DNA of 64,000 nt, from NCBI GenBank assembly GCA_951406725.2, contig OX597819.1:108004001-108068000 (forward strand), in the 5' to 3' direction. Positions within the stretch are counted from its first letter, which is position 1; each line of letters opens with the position of its first letter. The position numbers and the translations under genes are program-made. The notes beneath the pieces were generated by a model that worked only from the letters and a program-made list of their open reading frames with translations, did no database searches and had not been told where the DNA came from. Below, piece by piece: positions 13,426 to 26,873 of the stretch. The DNA comes from Octopus vulgaris. Taxonomy: Eukaryota.

Positions 13426-14574
13426 TCTGAATGCTTAATATTAATTTCTTAATTATACAGTTTTGAATATTAGGTTCACTCTCTCTAAGAAGAGGAGTAT
13501 ATTGTTCTTTAGTAACAGAATAATTACCATGTTCTTTTGTAGTCACCTTGTAAAGCACGTTACTTTGGGAATGTGCTCCGGCTCTTCCACCTCGCCCTCA
13601 ATTAATCTTTCTAACACCCTCCAAAAACAACAATAAATCCATTCCTCCCATCATACTGTAACTTCTTCCAACAATACATCCATTCCGCCCAGTATACAAC
13701 TTTTTCCAACACCTCACCTGAAGTTATAACTCCGTCCATTCTCTTTTTCACCCTCTAAGCTAGTGCTAGTGTCACGAAAAAAAAGCACAAATACAGTCTA
13801 TAAAGAGGTTTGTGTTAGGAAGGCCATCCAGCCATAGAAACCAAGCAAAATAACAGAGAAACTGGAGCAATCCATCTATTTATGTCTCGCTGTCCAAGCC
13901 ATATCAGCATGGAAAGTGGATGTAAGATGATGAAGACAACTGCATTTGAAAGCGGTATTGTTTCACTTCAAGAAATTATCAGCACTGTTATTTCATTTTC
14001 AGTTTATTACATATGAAAATGGAAAATCCCTGATGTTCAAAACATTAAAATCCGAGGACTATTTTTTGTAATAAAAAAAAGGAATACGTAATATAAAAAC
14101 CAGTGTTGTTTTAATTTTAAAAGAATCTACACCAAAACATATTGGCATCCGTCCGCCCATCCAAGAACATTATCCTTACCAAATCAATTTGCTGAGTTAG
14201 CAAGTGTCTTGGCGTCAACGTTCATATTTTGATTCACACAATAGAATTATAAAATGTATCAACACAGGTTGGAAAAAACTATCGATATTATGTAAATAAT
14301 ATGCAGGTGGAGTTTCGTCTGCCAATGTACATAAATAAATGTTATCTCACCTCAGTGTATTCTTTTCCTATCACTTGCAGTTTAACATCGATAAATAGCA
14401 GGATATAGGCGACACACAGCAGATCATTAGGTTTAAAACTATCACAAGTACTTCATTAAATTAATTTACAGTTATCCTACAGTAAATTAGTAATCATTTC
14501 TGTATTCTATATATATTTCTACGTTTTATATAGTTTTTCTTATATTAAGGTAAATAAATCTTTAGACGAACTTC

Positions 14575-14640
14575 GACGTGCACTTCCCGCTAGGGCTTAA
14601 TGAGCATGCGCAGGTCAAGTAAATCACTTCCGGAGCCGCT
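14575..14640. promoter_or_regulatory. Putative ZNF-A promoter
   Basis: Local CpG patch with NRF1-like GCATGCGCA, ETS-like CACTTCCGG and E2F-like TTCCCGC, about 250 bp upstream of the donor. Confidence 0.55.
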
Positions 14641-15648
14641 ATAATGTTTCTTGATATAGGTCAAATTCTATCTTAATTTAAGTATATTTTCTTTGCGAGC
14701 TGCTAGAATTATTAAGTACGCTGGGCAAAATCTCTTGCGACATTTCATCTGTCTCTACGTTCAAATTCCACCGAGGTCGACTTTTCCGTTCATCCATTCA
14801 GGGTCGATAAATCAAGTATCAGTGAAATTAAGTCCCCTTCCCCCAAATTTCAGATTTTGTGCGTACAGTAGAAAGGATTATTATTATTATTACTAGCAGG
14901 ACTCGTCAATATTTCATGGGATTAATGGTAAACTTATTGGGTTAGTTCAGAAAACTTTATCCAAAAAACCTGAAAGCAGCAGCAATAACAATAGCAGAAG
15001 CTCCACCGCCATCTGCCATGCCAGAATCTACACCAACACATGTAACAACACCACAGATAGAAGACATGTTCCTACCCAACATGGCACACTCAGTCACAGA
15101 GTGAAGGGGAGTAGAAAATTGTGAATAAAATAGGAAAGAAAAGAATAGATAATTCATCCATTAAAAAAATGACTGCAAAAATGCATCACAAACATAGGAC
15201 ACACAACACCAACATCAATCTACCATCACTACCAACAGCAACACCACCAAGCTCACCTCCACAACCAGCATCGACAATACAACAGACATTGTCCCAAACA
15301 CAACCAATCCCTCATCTGCAATAACAATAACAGCAAATACAACAAAAAGAACACATACTACACAGCAATAAACATTAAAAACAAAAAGCTACTCCACTAC
15401 ATGCAACACAACACTAGCATATCAGAAACAAATTACATATTGTCCAAAAAAATCGCACCACCAACACACATAAAAATTATTCCATCAGACCAAAACACAT
15501 ATCCAGTACTAAAAATGAAATTCCCCAAGGTAACTGGGGACTACTGAGAGACAATATCAAAAAGGATGTACACAAATATTCTTGTGAAAGAACGCACAAC
15601 TAACCAGAAGGATGGAGCAATCATCCTTCCTCCAAAAGACTAAGGTAA

Positions 15649-17700
15649 ATGGTCTTTCCCACATTTTTCCATTCTTTATTTAGCATGGCCTTACTCAGAA
15701 TAGGCAGCATAAATGCATGTGGCGTAGGGTCATCTTGGAAGCAGGGTCACCTGCTCAATGACCTCAGGTCACTGAACATAAATATGGTGGCCATCAGTGA
15801 GACCAGAATTTTCAAGGCAGGAGTCTTTGAACCCATTTTTGGCAGCTACAAGGTTTCCACATCTCCAAGCTGTCTGGGATCTGGTGAAAAGTTGTGTTGT
15901 TTCAGAAAGGCTTGGATCTCATAATATGGACGATCTTCCTAGACTCAGAAGGTAAGTTGGTGATGCTGGATATGACCAGCAGGGATGGCTATGTTTTCAG
16001 GCTAGAGACTGTCTACGCCCTGGCAGGGGCAGGATGGCTTGATTTCTTCAGATGCCTTGAGACCTTTCTAGGAAAGTCCTCCTCCTTAGTGCTAATGGGA
16101 AACTGGAATGGTATCTAAGATGCATGCTGGGACTGTGTGGAACTAGTAGATAGAGGAGAAGTGTGTAAAAAGCTTGCAAATCTGCTCAGACATTTCCAAT
16201 TCTCTGACAGGTACCAACTGAATTTCCTAAATGTGTCAATGTAGACATGAACTAGCTATATTGGGTCATCCAGATCATATCTAGACAGAGTTTATTTGTA
16301 GGGGAGTTGATAAGGTTAGCATAAGCCATCCACATTACAAAATAGTTGACTATACAAACTACACATTTGTGATCTAGGGTCCTGGTTACTGGAAGTTGAG
16401 CCCGTCTTTTCCAGTGTACAGACCTATTGAGACCAGATTAGTAAATTAGTTGAGTGGGCATTGACAAGAGCAATCATTAACAACAAATGGTGATTTGCTC
16501 TGAAAAGGGCAATTAGAGTAGAATCAATATGATTTTGTAAAGGAGTAGCGATTGAGAGAACTAGATTAGTGGGTGAGTTAGTTAAAAGCTAGAAGAGGTT
16601 TTTACAAAAGGCAGCACAACTGCTGTGCTTGCAGCAAGATTGGCTCTCAACCAATTCTTCAGCACAAAGTACAAAGGCTGTGTTGTCAGAGTTAAGGCAC
16701 GTGCTCTTAGACACGAGGAGACAAAAAGCTGTTTGATAGACCCAAGTGGCAGAGGTATGTCATGACAACAGAACCACTATCTGGTCTTTGACAGACCAAG
16801 ATGGGTGTGTGTTACTCAATCCCAAGTAGATGTGTGCAGCTTTTCAGCGGCACTTCACTCAACTGTTCAGGGGCAGTGGTGGGCCAGATCACAAGTTGGA
16901 CTTTAGTGCCTACCTCAACCCACTGCCGAGGCTCTCAACCACAGAGGTAGAGTGTTGCAAAAGGCCAGTAACAGCCAATGAAATGCAGGAGGTGATGAGT
17001 GGATGCATGAGAATCAAATTGCCTGGTTTAGATGATCTGCCCTACAAGCTTTATGTTTACATGCCAGACTGTTCAGTGATTGCTTGGCATATGTCTACTG
17101 CAAATGGCAGCAGAACAGAATTCCCAGTTCTGTGAGCAGTGGAGCAGTAATGCTGCTGAAAAATGACCTGTAAAACGAGGACCATATCAATAATTTTAGG
17201 CCCATAACTCTGCTAAATGCAGTGTTTAAGTTTTGGGCCAAAGTGTTAAACATGTGGTTAGCACTTATTGTTAGTGGTCTAGTGGGGGAGGTGCAGACAT
17301 GCGCTATCACTAACAGATCTATCCACAACAACCTCCACTTCATGTGATACATTATAGAGAGGGTGGCTAAGGAAAAGGCACGGATAGGGTTCTGATCAAC
17401 TTAGAATAATCAAAAGCTTTTAATAGAGTTGATCATTGTTAATTAGTGGCAGTCCTCAAAGTAACTGGCTTCAGACTTGTTTCCAGTGTTTGGTCTGCCA
17501 AAAATGTCCCTTCTCATCACTTTTCTATGTACTGATTCTGGAGCCAATACTACACATATTAGAGGTGTCGAGGGGCATTCCATGCAAACTAGGATGTGAG
17601 AGATCCATATCAGCATATTTCTACATCATCTTAGTGGTGTCAAGCACCAAACATATTGAGATGATTGGCACTGCTCTCAAGAGGTACAAGGCAGTAAAGA
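15649..17700 (+). mobile_element. Degenerate L1/Tx1-like LINE ORF2
   Basis: APE N-terminus IGSINACG...AISETR; VYA, MGNWN; KLPGLDDLPYKLY; NFRPITLLN; many stops and frameshifts. Confidence 0.8.
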
Positions 17701-17728
17701 AGCAAAAATTAGCCATAAAATTATACAT

Positions 17729-17830
17729 AAAAGCAGACATAGTGTCATGAATGCACATAAGTACCCCAAATATATCCATATCTATATATTTGGGGTACTT
17801 ATGTGCATTCATGACATTGCGTCTGCTTTT
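17729..17830. repeat. Hairpin with a 33 bp perfect stem and 8 nt loop
   Basis: TGTCATGAATGCACATAAGTACCCCAAATATAT - CCATATCT - exact reverse complement, extended by AAAAGCAGAC/GTCTGCTTTT. Confidence 0.9.
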
Positions 17831-18176
17831 CTATGGGTATGTATAAGCATTTCATTTATTTCCTTTGTGTTCTCTGATGAAGAAAAAACTTTTGGGTTAA
17901 TCCAGAAATTGGTCAGATCCAGAGATAATTCAATTTTATGAATTTCCATTAGCTTGTTCCCTTACTTTTCGACACGTGTGCAATAATAATAGTAATGATA
18001 TTTAATGTGGTTTGACGATTTAGTGTCTCCTTTCAGCATATAGACAAGAATTTTTTTCTTTGCCCTTAATTATAATTGCATTTATGATTTCACCTTAATA
18101 GGCCTGATTTTTTAATTGCTGGCCACTGATAAAATTTTAAACATTTTTATCCTTTTATATTATAATTATATATATA

Positions 18177-18212
<36 letters not shown>

Positions 18213-20451
18213 CATTTATCCATCTATCTATTCATATATCGTATCCAGAAAGTTTGCTGCAAACATTTTTGCTACACAAAAAAATATTGTCGAATGAATA
18301 AAGAAATTACTTTACCCCTTCTTATTGGTTGCAACAATTATATACTAAGTGGAGCAATTCATCTTTTGTCTTGCGGCAAACTTTCTTACGGCCAAAAATC
18401 CTGAGGTGAATTTTCCTACAGGAAACTTTCCTAGAACTGCCTAAGTGGTGGAGGCTAATCAGCTCCAAGAAACAGAGACCATTTCTGTAGCAAAAGAAAG
18501 GATAGAGAGAAGGACCAAAGGTTGGAATGTACCTAATAGTGTAACTATTTGAGTGGCCTATCTTAGGATGCAATCCAAGTTATTTGTGTGCATAACAGCA
18601 GTACTCCAATGTGGGCTTCACTTTAGCCTGTAGAGTATCAGTGGCAACCGGGGGCTGAAATATTTCCTAACCTCGAAAAGAAAGGTTAATTTTGGAGAGA
18701 TAGTCCTAGCTGTGCCCACTGTATATAAGTTTACCATTTACCACAGCTTTGTAATGACAACAATGTAATATTAAGAATTAAATTCAGAAATAAATACCAG
18801 TTTCACAAAGTATTTTATAAATTTATTAAATACATAAATTTTTTTAAAAATCAAAAATCTCCCTTTACCATTTTGATAAATTGGAGAAAAATATCACAAG
18901 AGATTGTCGCACTTATGTAACATTTCTAGCATATTTTTGTGTGATTACCTTCAGGACATCAGAAGATGGTACAGTATTGTCTCTACAGCAATTTAACAAT
19001 TATCCCTTAAAATATATTCCCTGTTCAGTTCTCATGTAGTTGTTGCTGATAAGCTCAAGAACAGCCCTAACCAAACACCTAGCATTCCAGCCAAGACCAT
19101 CCCATCTTTTTGTATATCTTAGACTACATTGTTCATTATGGTAGAGTTTGATTTAAGGAGGATTTGGTTGCTATTTCTAGTACATCAAGTGACTACATAG
19201 AGGCTCCCTTGCTAGTTCATTAGAGCAAAAATATCCTCTCCAGAAGATAAAGGTAGTTTAATTCTATGTGGTTGTTCAACCTGCTAGAAATAGCAGGTAA
19301 ATCTCCTTCAGACCATATCCTACCATCTTAAAAAATGGATACATAGAATCATGTAGTCCAGGGTACACAATATCAGGGGTAAAATGAGAGGGTCATGTTA
19401 GAAATGCTTGTGATAAACGTTTGTTGGATCAATGCTGATTTAAGACTAAACGAAAATATAACTCAATTTGATGTGGTTACTTTCATTCCCTCCAACAATC
19501 AAATACACAAAAGCACCCTTCAATTGTCAGGCAATATGCTGTGCTTGTGAAGACCTGTTGAACCAAGTGAAATCATAGCCATGGCTGATGCCAGGGCCAC
19601 CTGACTGGCACGTAAAAAGCACCATTTGAGCATAGCTGATACCAGTACCCCATGCCAGTGGCACATAAAAAGCACCATTCAAATGTGGACGATGCCAGTG
19701 TCACCTGACCAGCACCTAAAAAGCACCCATTACACTCTCAGAGTAGTTGGCATTAGGAAGGGCATTCAGCTGTAGAAACTTGGCCAAATCAGATTGGATT
19801 TGGTGCAGCCTCCCAGCTTGCCAGTCCTCAGTCAAACCATCCAACCCATGCCAGCAGTGAAAGCGGATGTTAAACGACAACAAAGTTCTTAATAGGAGTC
19901 TTTCTCTCCAGCATATCTAGAACTATGTTTGCTCCGAAGAGAACATTTCAAGGGAATGTTTTTCTAGGAACTTAACCATGCTATGGATTTTTCTAGTTCA
20001 TATTAGTCCATTGCTGATAAAATATCAAATATCCTATGTTTCATTCCTACACACATTTCAAGATATACTCTTCAGTACAAACTAGTTGAATTAGAATTCC
20101 AAACTTTACTATAGATATATGACTGTACACATGTATCAACTATTAGAGCCTCCATCTGGTTGCACAACTGCTTGAAATTGCAGCCAAATTTCCCTCAAAT
20201 TAAACTCCACCATCATAAATATTGGACACATTATATATAATGTAGTCCAAGATAACTCTAAAAAGATGAGATGGGTATGATTGGAATATTTTTGATGATA
20301 CATTTACTAAATCAAAGGTTGATTAGGAACTAAAGAACACCATTAAGTCTACTACATAACCCCAAACTTTATCACGTTATATTTTCTCTAATGTATGAAT
20401 GATTTAAGAGACCCTTCTATCACTATTGTGTGACAATGTTCAAACAAAGGC

Positions 20452-21756
20452 TCATAACAAGGATTTCTGTTTAGTATGAATCAGTTTGTGTTTTGTCACC
20501 AGACCTTTGTTTGAAAATGCTTTCCCACAGATATCACAGTCAAATGGTTTCTCCCCTGTGTGAACAACTTTATGGATCCTTACAGTATTTTTCCGAGCAA
20601 AGGTTTTCCCACAGATATCACACTGGAAAGGTCTCTCTCCACTGTGAATGACTTTATGACTAATTACTTCACTCTTTCTAGCAAATGTCTTATCACAGAT
20701 ATCACAGTCAAATGGTTTCTCTCCCGTATGAATCACTTTATGTAAACGTAAATAACCACTCTGTGAGAATGATTTACCACAAACCGCACAGTGGTATGGT
20801 TTCTCTCCTGTGTGAACCACTTTATGTTTCATTAGATGACCATTACTCGCAAACGTTTTACCACAAATATCACAGTGGTATGGTTTCTCTCCTGTGTGAA
20901 CCATTTGGTGTTTTCTTAAATTACCTTTACATGAGAATGTTTTACCACATGTTTCACAGTGATATGGCTTTTCTCCAGTGTGAACCATTTTATGTCGAGT
21001 GACATCACTTTTTCTAGAGAATGCTTTACCACAAACATCACAGCGAAATTGACTATCTTCTGTATGAATTATTTTATGGATGGCTAAACTACTATTGGAT
21101 GAAAACCTCTTATTACAAATAATACATTGGTAAGGTTTGTCTCCTGTGTGAACCACTTTATGCCGTGTTATTTGACCTCTTCTGGGGAATGCTTTACCAC
21201 AGATTTCACAGTTGAACGGACGTTCTCCTGTATGGACCATTCTATGAATACGTAAGTTACTATTAGATATAAATGCTTTTCCACAGACTTCACAAGTGAA
21301 TGGCTTTTCCCCAGTATGAATCATTTTATGTTTCTTTAAGTTGGTATTAGACATAAACGTATTATCACAAATTTCGCAACGGTATGGTTTCTGTCTCATA
21401 TGTGCAACTTTATGTGCATTCAATTGCCAATTACGTAAGAATTTTTTACTACAAATCTCACACTTGAATGGTCTTTCTCCTGTATGAACAACTTTATGTC
21501 TGGATACATCACCTTTGTTTGTGAACACTTTACCACATATTTCACAGCTGAATGGCTTTTCTCCAGTATGGATCATTTTATGCTTTCGCAAGTTGCAATT
21601 AAATGTGAACGACTTGCCACACACTCCACAGTGGTGTGGTTTTGCATCAGTGTGGGATTGCTTGTGCTTATTCAAGTGCCAAGAGCTTAGAAAGTTTTTA
21701 CTACAAATTTCACAGTGGTGGATTGGTTCTTCTGTAAGAATCATTTTGCCTTCCAT
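20452..21756 (-). CDS. Tandem C2H2 zinc-finger protein (ZNF-B), 434 aa, 15 fingers
   Basis: Open ORF with TGEKP/TGERP linkers; the track start at 21759 is TTG, the first ATG is at 21756. Confidence 0.93.
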   Translation of the reverse strand: MEGKMILTEEPIHHCEICSKNFLSSWHLNKHKQSHTDAKPHHCGVCGKSFTFNCNLRKHKMIHTGEKPFSCEICGKVFTNKGDVSRHKVVHTGERPFKCEICSKKFLRNWQLNAHKVAHMRQKPYRCEICDNTFMSNTNLKKHKMIHTGEKPFTCEVCGKAFISNSNLRIHRMVHTGERPFNCEICGKAFPRRGQITRHKVVHTGDKPYQCIICNKRFSSNSSLAIHKIIHTEDSQFRCDVCGKAFSRKSDVTRHKMVHTGEKPYHCETCGKTFSCKGNLRKHQMVHTGEKPYHCDICGKTFASNGHLMKHKVVHTGEKPYHCAVCGKSFSQSGYLRLHKVIHTGEKPFDCDICDKTFARKSEVISHKVIHSGERPFQCDICGKTFARKNTVRIHKVVHTGEKPFDCDICGKAFSNKGLVTKHKLIHTKQKSLL

Positions 21757-21958
21757 CAAGCTGCTATTTTCCCACTTTGAAGACCTAAATTAAGTAGGAT
21801 AATTATTGTTGGTGAATATATCTTCCGGAAAACAAAAGAATCTCTTTCACAGCTACCTTGAAGGATTTTTTAGAACTCTCAAGGGAGCTCTTTTTAGTTT
21901 TAAATCAGGAAATGACATCTTTGCATAGAAATCCTCTTTTCATGATGCAAACATCTTT

Positions 21959-23967
21959 CTGAAATACAAACAGAACCAACATTAATATGGGGTTCATGAT
22001 AAGTAAAATAACATTAAAAATTAATAGCAAGGATATCGTTTTAAATCTTGACTCTCTGCAACATATATGAAACATAAAAACAAACAGACTTTCACTGGAT
22101 TATCACATTTTAAAATGGCAACGATGATAATGTTCTCAACTTCTGATCAAATCATCATGCCATCAGCCATTATATTTTGACAACAGATAAAGTTAAGCTA
22201 TGAATATATAAACACCAATATTATACCCAGTACTTAGGGTGGTAAGTGGACAGAATCATAAGCATGCTGGGCTTAGTGACGTTTTGTCTCTCTTTATGTT
22301 CTGAGTTCAGATTTCGCCAAGGTTGATTTGCCTTCCATACCTTCAGAGGCGATAAAATACCAGTTGAGTGCCGAGGTTGATGTAAATGACTTTCCCCCTC
22401 TCCCAAACTTGCTGGCTTTGTGCTAAAATTTTAAACCAATACTATGCCCAGTAAAAATTCCTAAAAACAGTCTCCTGATCCAAGTATAGAACAATGGATG
22501 TCAATCAATGTGTATGTTGCATAAATTTTGTTAGTTTTTTTTTACATTTGTTCTTCCATGCTAGTATAAGTTACAGAAGCATTGTTTTAGTCTTTCTGTC
22601 ACTAACTCTCTACACATCCCACCACCATGTACCATTGCTGTTTGTATACAAGCATTGTACAATTTAACACACACATATACACACATTTAAAGATACAATC
22701 AAGAGGAAAGGGTACTCAATATGTACAATAAAAGTCAAGAAAATGACAGTATGAATTAATTTGAAGAAATTTCGGAAATACATCAAACCCTCCACTAAAA
22801 GTAGTGATAGCCAGCAATCTGAAGTTGGCAAAGAATGTAATTTTTTGCTTTCTTCTAAGTAAAGCCTGAAATTTTGGTGGGAGGGTGCTAGTCAATTACA
22901 CTTACCCCAGTGCTCAACTGGTATTTGTTTTATTGCTTGAAAAGGCGAAGTGAAACTCGGCAGAATTTGGACCAGAGCGTAAAGACGGACGAAACGAGAC
23001 AACATTTTGTCTGGTGACAACAGCTTAATGAGACTTGATTTTAAGGAAATCTATTAGCACACTGGACGAAGAAATGTTTAAACGTGTATACAGTACTGGT
23101 GATGCAGCATCTGTAACATGCAGAGAGTTGGTGACCTGATATTAAAATGGTATCTACACAAGGTGAAATGATAGAAAATGTACAATAGACCGCAAAACTT
23201 TTTCCCAATACTCACAGAACTCACATATGAGAAACATAAGAAGCTGTCTTTACTCAACGCTTTATTCATTTATTTGTTTTTAAGAAGATGAATGAACCCT
23301 ACGACAAAGAAGTTAGTGAAGATATATTTGTGAATAGGGAAGAAATGACACTGAGTGACTACGGCAAAATTTACAAGCAACAAGTGCGACTGAACATAGA
23401 AAACAAATCGTGACGAGTACTCGGAACAGCCTTCAGGAAGATATGGTAAATCAATGGAAGAAGATTGGAGCATATCTAGAAAAACAAAGCAAAAATTTAA
23501 CCAGAAGACAGATACAGTCAAATAAGCCACCAGCAAATGTGGAAGATCTTGTGTCGTTAGCGTTAAAGCAAGTCTACAACCGAAATCGCCGATGAAGTAC
23601 TCTCGATTGGACATGATTTGGGACTAAATAACAATATCCTACATTTGTCAGTTATTGGAAGGAACATTTAATTTGTATCGTTTCAATATATTTCGTTTTA
23701 CTTTTAATCTTGTAATTAATCAACAGAGTTTGAGGGATATTTGGCTGATATTTCTCGCAGGTCGAGTGAACACAGAGAAACTAGCTCGTTAGTTACGTAT
23801 GTAATTATGTATATAACACTAAAATCTTTAAAGAAAAAAAAAAAAAAACACCTTCAATAAACCTTGGCTGCTGTAAACAACACGTGAATCATGAAACAAC
23901 AGATGTCAACAATAAGACACTTGTTAAACGACAGCAACAGATTACAACACACTCGGAGTTGACTTAC
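21959..23967 (-). other. Putative 5' UTR intron of ZNF-B
   Basis: Donor GAG|GTAAGT at 23967; acceptor TGTATTTCAG| at 21959. Confidence 0.65.
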
Positions 23968-24161
23968 CTCAACATACCGCTCTTCTCTGTCTGATCTTCT
24001 TCCTTTCTCTTCTCCTTAAACACTCTACATAGTTAAACAACAACATATCCTTTGTGCTCCAACTTCATGAATCGCCACTGCCGACACTACACAGTATTTA
24101 CATGTGTACACTGGGTGCACCACACTAAATCAACAGAAATTTGAACGGCATGTTATGGCTG

Positions 24162-24195
24162 ACAGGAAGTATAGAATATACTAATCGATACTAAC
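24162..24195 (-). promoter_or_regulatory. Putative ZNF-B core promoter
   Basis: Sense TAGTATCGATTAGT...CTATACTTCCTGT, about 195 bp upstream of the donor. Confidence 0.55.
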
Positions 24196-24480
24196 ACTTT
24201 CTTCACGGGTCAATCAACAAGTGGCAAATTTGTAGTCTCTTGATCTGCAGGAAATAACAGCCAAATTTCCCTAAGAACAATCCCACTATTTTAATAAATG
24301 GAAAGGTGGAAAGACATTCATAAAAAATAGGATCGTCATTGTTATAATGTCCGCGTTAGTAGATTTTCTCAATCCGAATACACATTTACCCTCACACACA
24401 CGCTCTTTCTCTCTCTCTCACACACACATACACGTACTACTTTCAGTTTCACGAACTGTAGTTTGTACATTATTCATTTA

Positions 24481-24896
24481 GGATCTTTTCGGTTTGGCCG
24501 GCAGTTTTTAAAAATAATTTCCACGTAACTAAACACTTTTAAACTTCGTATACTGGTAGAATGTGTTTATAAAACAACTTTTTCTCTTGGCTTTATTGAG
24601 AAAATTCTATAGTTTGTAAGATATTTGTTGTTGTTTTTTCTTCAATTTCTGCAATTTCAACCAATCAATAACGTCTATTGAGGTGAAAACATTCTGTGCC
24701 GTATGAATATGTCCCTCGTTTAAGAAACAGATTATGTTTATTTACATTTCTGAAGAAAAAAAGATACCCTTTCCCTCACCACTAACCCTAACCCTAAAAC
24801 AGATTGAAATGCAATAGATCGATACTAGGGTCATAATTATGGGTGCCAATTTCATGACACCGCTAGAAAAAACTGCCGTTCAAACCGAAAAGATCC
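24481..24896. mobile_element. MITE with GGATC termini and 8 bp TSD (possibly Merlin-like)
   Basis: TIR GGATCTTTTCGGTTTG / CAAACCGAAAAGATCC; TSD TTCATTTA; internal CCCTAA repeats. Confidence 0.88.
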
Positions 24897-25699
24897 TTCA
24901 TTTACTATCTGTTTGTTTCTCTGTCGTGTGTTCTGTTCCTTCCATTTATCTTATTTTAATTGATTTTATTCATTTTTATCTTATCACTTCTCCAGTTCTT
25001 CATCTTCTATAAGCCAGACTTGACAGGACTTTGGTCAGTTTTTAAATACATTGGATTACCTAAAACTACCCATAATATGGTGGATATATTTAGGGCTCAT
25101 TATTGTCATCGATAATTAGATAAGAGGTCGTTCATTAGCTAGTATGACCATACAATTAAATATGCGCTTCCGTACATTTTCTATATTAAATAATTAACGG
25201 CAAGAGAATATGGAAGTTTATATTAACATGTACAAAATGTATTTATTCTTTTATACGTTTCAGCCCTAAGGCTGTGGCCATGCTGGAGCACCGCCAGTGT
25301 AATCACCTTTTCAATGGCCAATCTTATATGATTGGCTTTTGGTGAAGGAGATAGTTCGACACTGCTACTTTTTTTTGAGTTTCCTGCCTTCATCTGAGGC
25401 TTTGATAGTAGGAGGTCAAATTGTTTCATGAAAACATTTACTCCTACCCCATGAAGATCCCTCAGATGTTTTGGCTAGGCTGTTGACTAGCTGTAAATAG
25501 CTGTTGGCTCTTGAATCCCAAGTTATTGCAGTATGTGCTCCTCACTCTAGATGGGGTGGTTGGGACCTTTGAAACAGTGCAGTGACGTCCTGTTCGAGGG
25601 CTGGTATAGCTCTCGATACCAAATTTATATTATGTCATAGAACGTTTCTGTAATGTTATATGTGATTCTTAAAGGTTTACAATATAGAAGATATTCCTT

Positions 25700-26092
25700 T
25701 CTACTCTATGCACAAGGCCAGAAATTTTGGGGGACGGGGACAGTCGATTAGACTGACCCCAGTACGCAACTGGTACTTAATTTATCGACTCCGAAACGAT
25801 GAAAGGCAAAGTCGACCTCGGCGGAATTTGAACTCAGAACGTAAAGACAGACGAAATACCTATTTCTTTACTACCCACCAGGGGCTAAACACAGATGGGA
25901 CAAACAAGGACAGACAAACGGATTAAGTCGATTACATCGATCCCAGTGCGTAATTGGTACTTTATTTTTCGACCCCGAAAGGATGAAAGGCAAAGTCGAC
26001 CTCGGCGGAATTTGAACTCAGAACGTAACGGCAGACGAAATACGGTTACGCATTTCGCCCAGCGTGCTAACGTTTATGCCAGCTCGCCGCCT
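25700..26092 (-). mobile_element. Tandem (dimeric) tRNA-type SINE
   Basis: Two copies of the GAGTTCAAATTCCGCCGAGGTCGACTTTGCCTTTCATC module on minus; imperfect flanking direct repeat TTACAATAT..AAGATATT. Confidence 0.8.
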
Positions 26093-26702
26093 TACAATAT
26101 GAAAGATATTGAATATGTTCTAGTTAAATTGGTTATGTGCATGTATCTAGTGTTCTGGAAATAAAAGCAAGTAGATCAGACAATTGGATGGATGGATGGA
26201 TTTTTTAATGAAATTTTCTTCAAACAGCTCTCAGATGGCGTACATTACGATTATATCGGAATTTAATGTGAGAAAAAAATGTGGGTGCCCATACATTCAT
26301 ACTCACACACATCACAATTCTTTTCATTTCGTTGGGATATATGTAATGTATTTGCACCCACTACATTTTTTTTCACATTATATTCCAATATGATCAGAAT
26401 TTACACCATCTGAAAGGTATTTTTAGAGAATTTCATAAAAAAACATCCATTTCTCTGAAAGATATGAGAAAACAAAATCGGTGGGGCACACTTGTGTAGG
26501 TATACCAATTATACAGTGTACACCCCCCCCCCCCCTTTTAAAGACAATAAATTCTATTGAAGAAACTTTGGTTGCTATGTCTAGCATTATGAGAGACGAC
26601 GTTGAGGCTCCTCGTTAGCTAAGATTATTTTTTCTGTTTTAGCACGAGTTTGACAGTTAAAAATAAACACGTGTCTTAATGGGTGTGTCCTGTCTCATAT
26701 GT

Positions 26703-26727
26703 GGTTAGTTTAGCCTGTACTTCCGGT
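26703..26727 (+). promoter_or_regulatory. Putative ZNF-C core promoter
   Basis: GGTTAGTTTAGCCTGTACTTCCGGT (ETS-like core), shared with the sister genes. Confidence 0.55.
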
Positions 26728-26873
26728 GAACAACAACATGCTGTATTTCAGATCTCCTCTGATTTGTTTGGTTTGAGTCCAAGACTTTGCGTCAACAGAT
26801 TAAGGACATATAAGGAGGAATATGTTGTTTTCTAATGAGACAAGAAATACAGAAGTTAAGACAGAGAAGATCG

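Larger units (their letters stand above)
10840..14350 (-). other. Putative 5' UTR intron of ZNF-A
   Basis: Minus-strand donor CTGAG|GTGAG at 14350; acceptor TTTTATTTCAG| at 10840. Confidence 0.6.

Noticed and set aside
24780-24800. Interstitial telomere (CCCTAA)n
   Set aside because: Only 2-3 units and internal to the MITE in both copies.
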